Assembly (NCBI GenBank): GCA_963797095.1
Contig: CAWCNY010000004.1
Location: 656,580-720,579, forward strand
From: an uncultured Chloroflexia bacterium
Lineage (GTDB): Bacteria; Chloroflexota; Chloroflexia; QHBQ01; JADMIH01
Direction: 5' to 3'
DNA: 64,000 nt
In this document: piece after piece, positions 1 to 9,612 of the stretch
Position numbering within the stretch: position 1 is the stretch's first letter
Layout of the letters: each line of letters opens with the position of its first letter
The notes under the pieces: model-generated
Databases searched by the model: none
What the model saw: the letters and a program-made list of their open reading frames with translations, nothing else
What the model was told of the DNA's origin: nothing
Program-made: the position numbers and the translations under genes

Positions 1-2
1 TC

Positions 3-134
3 ACCCTCGACCGCAAGACGCTGGCCGAACTGGCCGTGCGAGACAGCGCGACATTCTCCCGGCTGGTCGAGATGGCAGGAGGGAAAGCAATAGTACCCGA
101 CGCCACGGCCACAGCAACCGCTAACAACGCCTAA
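3..134 (+). CDS. 3' end of an upstream CDS (partial, product unknown)
   Basis: Open frame from the window edge ending ...VEMAGGKAIVPDATATATANNA* at 132-134. Followed by a GC-rich hairpin at 148-188. Confidence 0.3.
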   Translation, partial: TLDRKTLAELAVRDSATFSRLVEMAGGKAIVPDATATATANNA

Positions 135-147
135 TTACCCCCACCCC

Positions 148-188
148 ATCAAACGGCGGCTCTCCCCCAAGGGCCGCCGTTTGACGTT
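148..188 (+). terminator. Hairpin terminator candidate (aaacggcggc / gccgccgttt 10-bp stem)
   Basis: Perfect 10-bp inverted repeat with a 12-nt loop, followed by a TTTGACGTT tract. Confidence 0.4.
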
Positions 189-202
189 CGTAAGTTGCCC
201 AC

Positions 203-1039
203 ATGATCGACAGCCCTTCCAATCCACTCGTCAAGGAAATGCAGGCTCTCCAGGCGCCCAAGGGGCGGCGTGAGCAAGGGCGATTTCTGGTGGAGGGGGT
301 GCGCCTCGTATCGGATGCCCTGGATGCAGGGAGGCAACCCAGATCGGTGCTATTCAATCACGATGCCCTTACGAAGACCGGAACAGGCAGTCATCTGCTC
401 TATCGTCTGCTTGGAGCCCAGGAGCAGCAGCACTTCCGTGGCCGGGTCATGGAGGCCAGCGAGCGGGCAATTGGGGCCGCATCAAGCACGCAACATGCGC
501 AGGGAGTGGTTGCTTCCTTCCAGATTGAAGACCCTGGCCCACCTCACAAAAGCGCAGATGACGCGCCAGTGCTGATTTGCGATGATATTCAGGACCCCGG
601 CAATCTGGGCACGATCCTTCGCAGTGCATCAGCGGCAGGAGTGGCGGGTGTGCTCCTGACCGGCGATTGCGTTGATCTCTATAACCCGAAGGTGGTAAGG
701 GCAGGCATGGGCGCTCACTTTCGGCTTCCCATCTACCATGATTTGTCCTGGGAGCGCATCGCACAATCGTTGGAGGAAATGAGCGTAGAGCTTGGTAGAT
801 TGTTCGCAACAGAGGCAGGAGCCACCCGGACTTACGATGAGGTTGATTGGACCCAACCTGCGGGGCTGGTAGTATCAAACGAAGCACATGGCCTCAGTAT
901 CGAAGCGCGGAAAGCAGCACAAGGTGGCCTGATAAGCATACCGATGAAGGGCGGCACCGAGTCGCTGAACGCGGCTATGGCTGCGACGATAGTGCTTTTT
1001 GAAGCCGCACGCCAACGGCGGCGAACTGGTGGAGCATGA
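203..1039 (+). CDS. TrmH/SpoU family RNA 2'-O-methyltransferase (RlmB-like)
   Basis: SpoU_methylase motifs in the translation (DPGNLGTILRSA, NPKVVRAGMGAHFRLPI, SLNAAMA). An N-terminal substrate-binding domain is present. Confidence 0.8.
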   Translation: MIDSPSNPLVKEMQALQAPKGRREQGRFLVEGVRLVSDALDAGRQPRSVLFNHDALTKTGTGSHLLYRLLGAQEQQHFRGRVMEASERAIGAASSTQHAQGVVASFQIEDPGPPHKSADDAPVLICDDIQDPGNLGTILRSASAAGVAGVLLTGDCVDLYNPKVVRAGMGAHFRLPIYHDLSWERIAQSLEEMSVELGRLFATEAGATRTYDEVDWTQPAGLVVSNEAHGLSIEARKAAQGGLISIPMKGGTESLNAAMAATIVLFEAARQRRRTGGA

Positions 1040-1728
1040 TCGCACCTGGCACCGACATTCCGACGAACGGCAGGAATAGACCCAGCGTGTGGGTGCTGGC
1101 ATCCGGACCTGCACCCGACCTTGAGTTTACGCTGGGCCATATACCCACGTCCGACATCGTGATCGCGGCAGATGGCGGGAGCGTGCTCGCCGAACACCTC
1201 GGGCTGACCCCCAGGCTCATTATCGGTGACGTGGATAGCAGCCCATCCGAACTGGTGGCGCGCTTCGAGCAAGCCGGTGCGCAGATACGGCGCTACGACC
1301 ACAACACCAAGTGGGAAACGGACACGGAGCTTGCGCTGTTGGCAGCGCTCGAATGGCAGCCTAGCTCGATCTACATTTTAGGGGCCATTGGAGGTAGGCT
1401 TGATCATGCGCTTGCCAATGTGCTCCTACTCACCAATCCGCGATTTGCACCACTCGATATTCGCATCGTTGATGGCAGGAATGAGCTAATGCTGGCCAAG
1501 CCGGGCCGGTGGAATGACATTCCAGGGAAGGTGGAAAGCACAGTCAGCCTGTTGCCAATCGGAGAGGCCGCGACCGGCGTTCGCACACGCGGCCTCCACT
1601 GGCCCCTGGATGGGGAAACGCTTCCGGTTGGGCAGGGTCGGGGCGTCAGCAACCTGATCGATGACCAGGGAAGCGCTGCGGTCTTCTACGAAGGCGGCGC
1701 GTTGCTGGTGGCCGTTGTGCATGCGTAA
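1036..1728 (+). CDS. thiN: Thiamine pyrophosphokinase (thiamine diphosphokinase)
   Basis: About 230 aa with TPK catalytic and thiamine-binding signatures (IIAADGG, DHALANVLLL). Its start overlaps the TrmH stop. Lies beside a TPP-riboswitch-controlled importer. Confidence 0.7.
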   Translation: MIAPGTDIPTNGRNRPSVWVLASGPAPDLEFTLGHIPTSDIVIAADGGSVLAEHLGLTPRLIIGDVDSSPSELVARFEQAGAQIRRYDHNTKWETDTELALLAALEWQPSSIYILGAIGGRLDHALANVLLLTNPRFAPLDIRIVDGRNELMLAKPGRWNDIPGKVESTVSLLPIGEAATGVRTRGLHWPLDGETLPVGQGRGVSNLIDDQGSAAVFYEGGALLVAVVHA

Positions 1729-1749
1729 TACACGACTTTCTCCTAATGC

Positions 1750-2790
1750 CTACTGTTGGGGCAGGTAGTCGTTGGTGAACATTTCATCGAACTTCAGGTC
1801 GGCAGGTGTGATCACCTTCCCATCGGTTGACTTCAGAAGGCCCGTGTTGGCGAGATAGGTTGGGAAGTCCGTCCACTTCTGCAGGCTCTGGAGGCCCCAT
1901 CGCGGCTGATCGGCCTTGTAATAAGGAGCTAGGTATTCCTGGCTCTTGCGTGGCAGGTCTGGGCTCGAGAATGTGCCGGATGGTGCAGCTTTGATCAGGA
2001 GGTCGGCGGCATCATCGGGGTTAGTCACACCGTATTCATAGCCGCGCGCGGTAGCCTCAAGGAAGCGCTTGGGCACATCACCGTGATCTTTCAAAAATGT
2101 CTCGCTGGCGATAATCACCGGCGTGTAATAGTCGGGCACCCCGTAGTCCTTCACCAGGAAGGTATTTAGCTCGACCCCGTCGAGCTGTGCCTGAATTCCT
2201 TCCCAGCCCATATATATCCAGACGAAATCGGCCTGGTTCGCTACCACAGCATCCAATCCGTACAGGTTAGCCGTGATGTTCCGGAAAGACGGATCGGTCA
2301 CACCGTCGTGCTCCATCATAGTCTTGAGGATTGGCTCTTCATATGGAGTGCCGAAGCCAGCATATCTCTTGCCGTTCAGCTTCGCCATCGTATCTAGACC
2401 GGAGCTTTTGAGGGAGGCCAGCGCGGAGGTATTGGTCTGTAGGATCGCGGCTACAGACTTCACCGAGAGATTATCTACCCGGTCCAGCACCACCGACTCG
2501 GCAAAACTCACACCGAGGTCAGCCTGCCCTGTAGCAACCAGCGTATCGGGCGTATTGGCGTCAGAATATGGGAGGAATTGCACGTCCAGGTTGGCGTCGC
2601 GATACCATCCCTGTTGCTGCGCCACGTAGATACCCGTGTGGTTGGTGTTGGGAGTCCAGTCGAGAGCGAAGCGCACCCTGTCAGGCGTGCTACTCTGGGG
2701 AGTGGGCGTTGCGCCGCTGCCGCTATCGCACGCCGTGAGCACAAAGCTCGCTAGGAGAATGCCGGTTATTATGCCTGGGAGACTTTTCAT
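1750..2790 (-). CDS. ABC transporter substrate-binding lipoprotein, NMT1/THI5 (ThiY-like) family
   Basis: Signal peptide plus lipobox (LTAC). NMT1/THI5-like fold motifs. Last gene of a three-gene ABC operon under a TPP riboswitch. Confidence 0.75.
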   Translation of the reverse strand: MKSLPGIITGILLASFVLTACDSGSGATPTPQSSTPDRVRFALDWTPNTNHTGIYVAQQQGWYRDANLDVQFLPYSDANTPDTLVATGQADLGVSFAESVVLDRVDNLSVKSVAAILQTNTSALASLKSSGLDTMAKLNGKRYAGFGTPYEEPILKTMMEHDGVTDPSFRNITANLYGLDAVVANQADFVWIYMGWEGIQAQLDGVELNTFLVKDYGVPDYYTPVIIASETFLKDHGDVPKRFLEATARGYEYGVTNPDDAADLLIKAAPSGTFSSPDLPRKSQEYLAPYYKADQPRWGLQSLQKWTDFPTYLANTGLLKSTDGKVITPADLKFDEMFTNDYLPQQ

Positions 2791-2826
2791 GATAATGTTC
2801 CTCTAGGGTAGTTTTCGTACGAGCCG

Positions 2827-3639
2827 CTATGCAGCCTGCTCGATATTTCTTTCTCCATTTCTGAAGTGCCAGGGGATGACAACGCGCTCCAGCAACGAGG
2901 TCAGCAGGAAGAAGGTCACGCTCAGGGCTGAGATAACCAGGATCGCGGCGAAAACGGTGGGCACATCAAACGCGTGCTGCTTGCGCTGCATGTAGATGCC
3001 CAACCCCCACTCAGAGCCTACGTACTCGCCCCAGATCGCCCCGGTCACGCTGTAGGTAATGGCGATTTTGATGCCCGAAAAGAGGGAAGGGAGAGCGCCT
3101 GGGAAACGCACCTGCCTGAAGATGGTCCATGTACTGGCCCCAAATGTCCTGAATAGCCTGATCAATTCAGGATCGGTGGCGCTGAACCCGTCGGCCCCGG
3201 CCACCACAATAGGGAAGAAGCATACTATCCCCACAATGAGCACTTTGGGAAGTATGCCGAACCCGAACCACAGCACCATGAGGGGCGCGAGAGCCAGCAG
3301 CGGGATGGTCTGGGAGACCACCAGCAGAGGATAGATGGCACGGCGCAACAAGGGGCTTACGTCGATGATTATCGCGAAGCCGAGTCCGACGAGGAGCGCC
3401 AGGGCGAATCCGATGGCGGTTTCGATAATGGTTTGCCATGTATTAGGCGCTATATCGGCGGAATTATCTATCAGCGCAGCAAGGATGGCCGTTGGGGCGG
3501 GCAGCAGGCGAGCGCCGCCTGGTACAGCCCCTAGCACCAGGCGCGAATAGGCTTCCCACACTGCAACGATCAAGACGAGGGCAAGAGCAGGAGGCAAGAG
3601 GGCGCCCGCCGTTCGCCTGCCGGTCAGGATCGGGTTCAT
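2827..3639 (-). CDS. ABC transporter permease (NitT/TauT-type)
   Basis: Six predicted TM helices with a BPD_transp_1-like EAA loop. Translationally coupled to the ATPase (overlap at 3636-3639). Confidence 0.8.
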   Translation of the reverse strand: MNPILTGRRTAGALLPPALALVLIVAVWEAYSRLVLGAVPGGARLLPAPTAILAALIDNSADIAPNTWQTIIETAIGFALALLVGLGFAIIIDVSPLLRRAIYPLLVVSQTIPLLALAPLMVLWFGFGILPKVLIVGIVCFFPIVVAGADGFSATDPELIRLFRTFGASTWTIFRQVRFPGALPSLFSGIKIAITYSVTGAIWGEYVGSEWGLGIYMQRKQHAFDVPTVFAAILVISALSVTFFLLTSLLERVVIPWHFRNGERNIEQAA

Positions 3640-4508
3640 AGCGTCCTGCCCACCCTTTCGGTGCTGTCTAGGCCGCCGCTTGATTTGAGAATATTGAGAA
3701 GGCGCTGTCGATAACCCGAGAACCGTTCGTCGCTCAGACTGGCGAGGGAGCGTGGACGCTCGATTTCGATGTTCACCCGCGCCACCACATGGCCGGGCCT
3801 GGGCGATAGAACATACACGGTATCAGACAATAGGATCGCCTCGTCAACATCGTGCGTTACAAGAATGAAGGTACTACCCATGCGGGCCGAAGCCGCAATC
3901 AACCATTCGTGCATCCCCGCTCGCGTAAGAGCGTCGAGGGCACCGAAAGGCTCATCCATGAGCATCAGGCCGCGCTCAAGGATTGCGGAGCGTATGAAGG
4001 ATACGCGCTGGCGCATGCCTCCTGATAGTTGTGAAGGATAGCTATTCGCGAAGCCCTCAAGCCCAAGCTCTCGAAACAGAGGCAGCACACGCTCACGCGC
4101 TTGTGGCTTGGAAACGCCCTCCACCTCAAGGCCCACCGCTGCGTTGTCCAGCGCGCTACGCCAGGGGAGAAGAAGATCGCGCTGGGGCATGTAACCCACT
4201 GCTGATTTTGGATTTCGGATTTTGGATTTTGGATTAGGCACGAGATCAGCCGTTGCAACGGGCGACCTATAAGGCGTCAGTGTTACAGTTCCACTGTCGG
4301 TAACATCCAAGCCTGCCAGGATCCCCAGAAGAGTGCTCTTTCCTGAGCCTGACGGCCCGAGGATGCTGGTGAAACTGCCCGCAGGCACATAGAGATCGAG
4401 GTCGCGGATGGCCTGGACGCGACCGCCGCCTTCGCGCCGGAACGACTTGCTCACGCCGCGCACCTGCACCTCAATTGGCACTATCTTATTTGCTATCTGG
4501 ACTGTCAT
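3636..4508 (-). CDS. ABC transporter ATP-binding protein
   Basis: Walker A GPSGSGKST, LSGGMRQR signature and Walker B LMLMDEP. Carries an in-frame insertion PNPKSKIRNPKS encoded by a heptamer array. Confidence 0.85.
   Translation of the reverse strand: MTVQIANKIVPIEVQVRGVSKSFRREGGGRVQAIRDLDLYVPAGSFTSILGPSGSGKSTLLGILAGLDVTDSGTVTLTPYRSPVATADLVPNPKSKIRNPKSAVGYMPQRDLLLPWRSALDNAAVGLEVEGVSKPQARERVLPLFRELGLEGFANSYPSQLSGGMRQRVSFIRSAILERGLMLMDEPFGALDALTRAGMHEWLIAASARMGSTFILVTHDVDEAILLSDTVYVLSPRPGHVVARVNIEIERPRSLASLSDERFSGYRQRLLNILKSSGGLDSTERVGRTL
4204..4235. repeat. Heptamer tandem array (gattttg)x4.5, in-frame inside the ABC ATPase CDS
   Basis: Direct read: gattttg gatttcg gattttg gattttg gatt. On the coding strand this gives N-P-K-S-K-I-R-N-P-K-S. 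Confidence 0.85.
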
Positions 4509-4536
4509 ACAATTGGCCGCACAACAAAAAGAGCGT

Positions 4537-4570
4537 CATGAGTGATGTACCCCGGCGCTCTGAAGCTACT
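4537..4570 (-). terminator. Expression-platform terminator of the TPP riboswitch
   Basis: Minus-strand stem agagcg...cgcucu followed by UUUUUGUUG, between the aptamer and the ATPase start. Confidence 0.5.
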
Positions 4571-4574
4571 GTGC

Positions 4575-4670
4575 GATGGCTTCCTTCGCCGGCATTACCC
4601 GGATCAGGTTCAAGCGGTCGACGGCGGGTCTGGCCGTCCTCTCAGCCTGTGTCCACAGGCCCCCGCGCTC
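4575..4670 (-). promoter_or_regulatory. TPP (THI-box) riboswitch
   Basis: Minus strand reads GGGGCC...GGCUGAGAGG...AGACCC...UGAACCUGAUCCGGGUAAUGCCGGCGAAGGAAG. This matches the THI-element core (CUGAGA, ACCC, AACCUGAUCYGGRUAAUGCCRGCGNAGGGAAG). It sits in the 5' leader of the ABC operon. Confidence 0.8.
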
Positions 4671-4745
4671 TCCATATTGAATTGTGATCCTCCCTGATAT
4701 CGTACCAGATAAAGGCTTACCGTGCAAGATTCACGCGCACGATGC

Positions 4746-6605
4746 TCATGCTCGGCGACCGAATTCCCGCTCTAATTGGAGTGTTGAGAGATGAAGCATG
4801 GTTGGTCTGCCGTGCGCACAAGCCCTGGGGTGCTGGCATAACTCAAGTCGTCCGAGCAGAGCACGCATCTCGTCGATCGAAAGGGTTTGCCCGGCCCGCA
4901 CTGCACTATGGCAGGCCAGAGTGATCGCCATCTCCTCACGCCACCGCTCAGGGCGACTGCCGTGCATTACCGTGTCGAGAATCTCAAGGAGGTCGCGCCC
5001 GATATCACGCTTCAACTCGGCGTAGATGGCGGGTACGGCCCGCACCAGCACAGTGCCGTCTCCGAACGGCTCGAGTGCGAATCCCAGTTCGGCCATTAAA
5101 GGTATGATTCCCTCGACCTCAGCATACTGGGCGGCGCTGAATTGCAGTGGCACAGGTTGAAGTAATGGCTGGATCGGGAGGTCGCCATTCGCCAGTTGAG
5201 CGCCCATCCGCTCGTATAGCACGCGCTCATGGGCGGCATGTTGATCGACCAGGAAGAGGCCGTCCGGGCCTTCAGCGATGATATAGGTGTTGCCAACCTG
5301 CCCTACCACTCGCAGTGGAGGTAGGTTGCGCGGCGGAGGTGGAGGCAGAGGCTCTACGGCATCATTGTCGAACGCCTGATGCGTGCTACCAACGCCCATA
5401 CGCCATAGCTCGCTCTGCAAAGGCCCTGCCGGGGTCTCCCCATTGATACCTGAAGCGGTAGGCTCTAGGCCGAAGGTGGGCCCAAACTCCAACTCGATGC
5501 CGCCCTCATTCGACGGCAAGGCCCACCCTTCAGAGCCACGCGATCCATAGACAGGCGGCGTAACATGAGCCGTAAGAGCCGAACGCACCGCGCGCTGCAC
5601 GGCGCTGAACATGGCGCGTTCGTCGCGGAATTTGACTTCGGCCTTGGCAGGGTGAACATTCACATCCACCAGCGTAGGGTCAACCAGCACATTGATTATG
5701 CAGAGCGGACGCCTGCCAACCATCAAAAGGGTATGATAGGCTTCTTCGACAGCGTAGATCAACATACGGCTCTGGACAGAGCGGCCATTCACAAAAAAGT
5801 GCATCGCCTGTCTGTTGGAGCGCGACATCAACGGAGGCGCGACATAACCATAGACGCGCACCCCCTCGCTTGAGATCGCTTCCCAATCCTCATCCTCGTC
5901 AGGTTCCAGTCCTACGGGGAGGAGGGCGCGTGCCACTTCGGGGCCGTACACGCTCATGGCTGCCGCGCGTAGGTCGCTATTACCGGGGGATTGGAATGTG
6001 AGCCGTCCCTCGTTGGTGAGACTGAAAGTCACGGCGGGGTGAGCAAGTGCGTAGCTTTGCACCAGCGCAGATATGTGCGCACCTTCTGCCTGTGCGCTCT
6101 TGAGGAACTTGAGGCGCGCGGGTAGATTGTAAAATAGCTCGCGCACAGTGACGATCGTGCCCGGCGGCGAGCCACGCGGTCCATCGGAAACCGGGCGGCC
6201 ACCCTCCAGCGCCAATTCGTAGCCCACCTGCTCGCCCGTTGGCCTGCTAACGAATGAAAGGCGGCTAACAGCGGCAATGCTGTACAGGGCCTCGCCCCGG
6301 AAACCGAGCGTGCGCACAGTCCACAGGTCGTCGGCGGTCTTGATTTTGCTCGTAGCGTGGCGCAAGAAGGCGCGAGGCATATCATCACGCGTGACGCCGA
6401 AACCATCGTCAATGATCCGGATGAGGTCGCGCCCACCGCCCCTGATCTCGACGCGCACATGGCGAGCACCTGCGTCGATGGCGTTGTCAAGCAGCTCGCG
6501 CACCACCGATGCGGGACGCTCCACCACTTCCCCTGCGGCGATCTTGGATGCTACCTCGTCGGGAAGGACATTTATTCTCCTGGGTCCGGTTACTCCTGTT
6601 GACAT
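4746..6605 (-). CDS. mutL: DNA mismatch repair protein MutL
   Basis: N-terminal GHKL ATPase motifs (ELLDNAIDAGA, DDGFGV, FRGEAL) and a C-terminal dimerisation domain. 619 aa. Confidence 0.9.
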   Translation of the reverse strand: MSTGVTGPRRINVLPDEVASKIAAGEVVERPASVVRELLDNAIDAGARHVRVEIRGGGRDLIRIIDDGFGVTRDDMPRAFLRHATSKIKTADDLWTVRTLGFRGEALYSIAAVSRLSFVSRPTGEQVGYELALEGGRPVSDGPRGSPPGTIVTVRELFYNLPARLKFLKSAQAEGAHISALVQSYALAHPAVTFSLTNEGRLTFQSPGNSDLRAAAMSVYGPEVARALLPVGLEPDEDEDWEAISSEGVRVYGYVAPPLMSRSNRQAMHFFVNGRSVQSRMLIYAVEEAYHTLLMVGRRPLCIINVLVDPTLVDVNVHPAKAEVKFRDERAMFSAVQRAVRSALTAHVTPPVYGSRGSEGWALPSNEGGIELEFGPTFGLEPTASGINGETPAGPLQSELWRMGVGSTHQAFDNDAVEPLPPPPPRNLPPLRVVGQVGNTYIIAEGPDGLFLVDQHAAHERVLYERMGAQLANGDLPIQPLLQPVPLQFSAAQYAEVEGIIPLMAELGFALEPFGDGTVLVRAVPAIYAELKRDIGRDLLEILDTVMHGSRPERWREEMAITLACHSAVRAGQTLSIDEMRALLGRLELCQHPRACAHGRPTMLHLSTLQLEREFGRRA

Positions 6606-6613
6606 TGGTGGTT

Positions 6614-6653
6614 CTTACTGAGTGCTCTGTACTGCTTACTGCGTATTGCATAT
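6614..6653. repeat. Heptamer tandem array (tactgNN)x5 in the mutL/DinB intergenic region
   Basis: tactgag tgctctg tactgct tactgcg tattgca tattcc. Confidence 0.7.
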
Positions 6654-6663
6654 TCCTTATCGT

Positions 6664-7257
6664 TCAGGTATTTGCCAGGTGCTTGCGCGTGGTGAGGGCC
6701 TCTGACAGGTGCATGAAGTGATGGCCTGTAGCTGGCATATTGAACAGGAAGCGCTTGGTTTTGCCCTGCCAGAAGCGGGCCACGCGGTACGCTTCCTCCA
6801 CCAGGGCACCTGATTCGATGAGAGTTGCTATATGCACGTCATCAACAATCAGGTCAAGTTGATCCAGGGTGATCGCACTCGCGATCTGGCGCGTGCGCAC
6901 ACCCACCGCCCGGCGGTACGCGAATAGGGCCGGAATATCCACCTTCCGGCTGATGTCAGATACTTCATCGTCGGACATCGAGGTGCCTACATCGCTCCGG
7001 GTGAGGTTCAGGCGGGTAATCCACTCTTGGTCTAATACCTGCCGCCCCTCGGCTACAAGGATATTGATCGCCGCGTCTTCAATGCGGGCGGTATGCCAGA
7101 GCAACCACGCGATTGAGTTCATCCCCGGACGTGGGCATGTGCGCAACTGCTCTTCGGTAAGGCCCTTCACGATCTGGTCGGCAAGGTACCACTCGCCCTG
7201 GCCTTCGCTAACCTCGGCGGTGTGGACTATTGAATGTTGGTTGAGGAAGGTGTCCAT
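6664..7257 (-). CDS. DinB/YfiT-like (DinB_2) metal-dependent hydrolase family protein
   Basis: LWHTARIED motif and length fit the DinB_2 superfamily. The longer ORF start at 7311 runs into the heptamer array, so an internal Met (MDTF...) was chosen. Confidence 0.6.
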   Translation of the reverse strand: MDTFLNQHSIVHTAEVSEGQGEWYLADQIVKGLTEEQLRTCPRPGMNSIAWLLWHTARIEDAAINILVAEGRQVLDQEWITRLNLTRSDVGTSMSDDEVSDISRKVDIPALFAYRRAVGVRTRQIASAITLDQLDLIVDDVHIATLIESGALVEEAYRVARFWQGKTKRFLFNMPATGHHFMHLSEALTTRKHLANT

Positions 7258-7286
7258 AGTTCGTATTGCATACAGCTTGCCTTCAT

Positions 7287-9065
7287 TCACTCGCCACTCG
7301 CCACTCGCCACTCGTCAACAAACAGGCTGCATAGCTCGAATTTTACCACGTCCACCAACCCCAGGTCAGTCAGCTTTAGCTCAGGGATTACGGGCAGAGC
7401 CAGGAAGGCCATCTGCATATAGGGGTTGGCGAGCGGACAGCCTAGCTCGCGGGCAGCGGCGAGGAGTTTCAGCAAGCCCTCGCGCACAACCGCATGAGGC
7501 TTGTCGGACATGAGGCCAGCTACCGGCAGAGGCAGTTGGGCCAGCACCGTGCCATCCATCACAGCCGCGATACCCCCTTGCATATCGTTTACTGTACGAG
7601 CCGCTAGCATCATATCGGCATCGTTGGTGCCAACAACCACCACATTGTGCGAGTCGTGAGCGATGCTCGAAGCAAGCGCACCTTTCTTGAGGCCCATGCC
7701 CGTGACGAGCGCAACCCCAACATGGCATGTGCCGCTGTGCCGCTCCACCACCGCGATCTTGAGAAGGTCGCGTCTTACATCTGCTATCACGCGGCCCTCT
7801 TCGACCTTCGGCTCAGTCACTTCCGCTTTAGTGACGATTTGCTCAGGCAATACGCGGATTACTCTGGCTTGCTTGCCTCCGGCAACGATCTCAAATGAGC
7901 GTTCTGTGACAAAGCTGGCGGTCATATTGTTGGGCGGAGGCTGGACACGATTGCGCACAGGCGAGAGGGTTTGCCCATCTAGTGCGACCAGTTTTCCCGC
8001 CGCAAAGGTGCGGGTTGGCCTGATATTCTTCAGGTCGCGGAAAGTCACTATGTCGGCGTGATAGCCCGGCGCGATTGCGCCCAGATCGTTGAGTCCGTAG
8101 TGGCGGGCAGTGTTGATGCTCGCCATCTGCAAAGCCAGTATCGGATCGAGGCCCTGGGCCACCGCCTTGCGAATGTTGTGGTCTATGTGGCCCTGTGTTT
8201 CCAGGTCGTCCGGCTGCTTGTCGTCGGTGGCCCATGAGCAGAAGCGGGCAGTACGCTCATTGACGATGGGCAAAATCGCATCCAGGTTCTTGGCGGTGGA
8301 CCCTTCGCGGATGAGCACCTGCACACCAGCGCGCAGTTTATCAAGCGTCTCGGCGGCAGCCACGCTCTCGTGGTCTGACGACACGCCCGCCGCCGCGTAT
8401 GCCTGCAAAGTCAGCCCGCGCACCAAGGGCGCGTGCCCGTCAACCCTTATTCTATTTGTGTGCCCCAGGAGGGCTTTGGCAGCCATATCGTCGGAGGCTG
8501 ACACCACGCCAGGGTAATTCATCATCTCAGCGATACCGAGCACGCGCGGCTCGTCCAACAGGGTCGCCAGGTCATCGGCGCTCAGGCGTGCCCCTGAGGT
8601 CTCCATATGGGTGGCAGGCACACACGACGATAGCATCACGAACACGTGCAGAGGCAATCCCTCGCTTGCACGCAGCATAAACCTGATGCCATCCAGGCCA
8701 TGCACATTGGCGATCTCATGTGGGTCGCTGACAACGGCTATGGTGCCATGTGGCAGCACTGCGTTAGCATATTCGGCAGGGAGCATGAGGCTGCTCTCGA
8801 TGTGCACATGGGCATCTATGAAGCCCGGTGCGACAAAATCACCCCCCACGTCCATCGTCTCACGGGCGCTATAGACACCAGGCTGCTCTGAAACCCCGGC
8901 GATCCGGCCACCCTGGATCGCAATCTCCGCAGGGTAAATCTCGCGGGTGAGGACATTCACTAGTTGGCAGCCTGTGAGGAGCAGGTCTGCCGGTGCATCG
9001 CCGCGCGCCACCGCCAGCAGCGCGCGCATCTCGGCATCGCTCGCCACGAAGCTCCTGACGCTCAC
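7287..9065 (-). CDS. ade: Adenine deaminase
   Basis: Amidohydrolase motifs (FIDAHVHIESS, VSDPHEIANV), 592 aa, GTG start. The C-terminal residues DEWRVASGE are encoded by the (cactcgc)n array. Confidence 0.85.
   Translation of the reverse strand: MSVRSFVASDAEMRALLAVARGDAPADLLLTGCQLVNVLTREIYPAEIAIQGGRIAGVSEQPGVYSARETMDVGGDFVAPGFIDAHVHIESSLMLPAEYANAVLPHGTIAVVSDPHEIANVHGLDGIRFMLRASEGLPLHVFVMLSSCVPATHMETSGARLSADDLATLLDEPRVLGIAEMMNYPGVVSASDDMAAKALLGHTNRIRVDGHAPLVRGLTLQAYAAAGVSSDHESVAAAETLDKLRAGVQVLIREGSTAKNLDAILPIVNERTARFCSWATDDKQPDDLETQGHIDHNIRKAVAQGLDPILALQMASINTARHYGLNDLGAIAPGYHADIVTFRDLKNIRPTRTFAAGKLVALDGQTLSPVRNRVQPPPNNMTASFVTERSFEIVAGGKQARVIRVLPEQIVTKAEVTEPKVEEGRVIADVRRDLLKIAVVERHSGTCHVGVALVTGMGLKKGALASSIAHDSHNVVVVGTNDADMMLAARTVNDMQGGIAAVMDGTVLAQLPLPVAGLMSDKPHAVVREGLLKLLAAARELGCPLANPYMQMAFLALPVIPELKLTDLGLVDVVKFELCSLFVDEWRVASGE
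7288..7316. repeat. Heptamer tandem array (cactcgc)x3 + cactcgt
   Basis: Direct read. Overlaps the 3' end of ade and the longest-ORF 5' end of the DinB gene. Confidence 0.85.
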
Positions 9066-9610
9066 GGCCCATCTCCTCCCTGGGCTATACTCGTTATGCC
9101 CGCACGCTCCAAATCCGCCATCGGGAAGGACATCTCGTTGGTCTGGGTGAAACCGAGTCGCTCATAGAGCGTCCTGCCCATCTCCGATGCGTGCAGCACC
9201 AGGCTGGATACTCCATGCTCTCAATTCCACCCCATAATTGCGCGCATCACCATCTCTCCAAGGCCCATGCGCCTCCATGCCTTCTCCGTGTAGACGTTCA
9301 CGATCAGACCCTGTGGCCCAGGTTTCAGAAGATACCCATCGGTCGTTGGCCTGGGCAGAATGCGCCTAAACTGCACCCCTCCTCCTGCTACTACCATGCC
9401 GGGATCGGAGGCGGGAGTAACTACCCACGCTACGCACTCGCCCGAAGGGATCGCCTCCCGGTAATAGGCTGCGGATGACTCCGCCAGGAGTGGATAGGCA
9501 TCCTCGCGCAACTGGCCCATATCCCGGAACATCTCGCACCTGTGCCGCACGAGGGCCGGTATATTCTCTACAGTCGCGGGGCGGATGTTGAACTGGGCAG
9601 GGCGTCCCAT
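9062..9610 (-). pseudogene. GNAT family N-acetyltransferase interrupted by an in-frame TGA
   Basis: The N-terminal 129 aa carry GNAT motif A (RRMGLGEMVMRAI) and end at TGA 9221-9223. The same frame continues EHGVSSLVLHASEMGRTLYERLGFTQTNEMSF (GNAT motif B) to a stop at 9062-9064. Confidence 0.6.
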
Positions 9611-9612
9611 GT

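Noticed and set aside
9221-9223. The in-frame TGA in the GNAT gene could be read as selenocysteine.
   Set aside because: No SECIS-like hairpin follows it, and GNATs are not selenoproteins. A nonsense mutation or sequencing error is more parsimonious.
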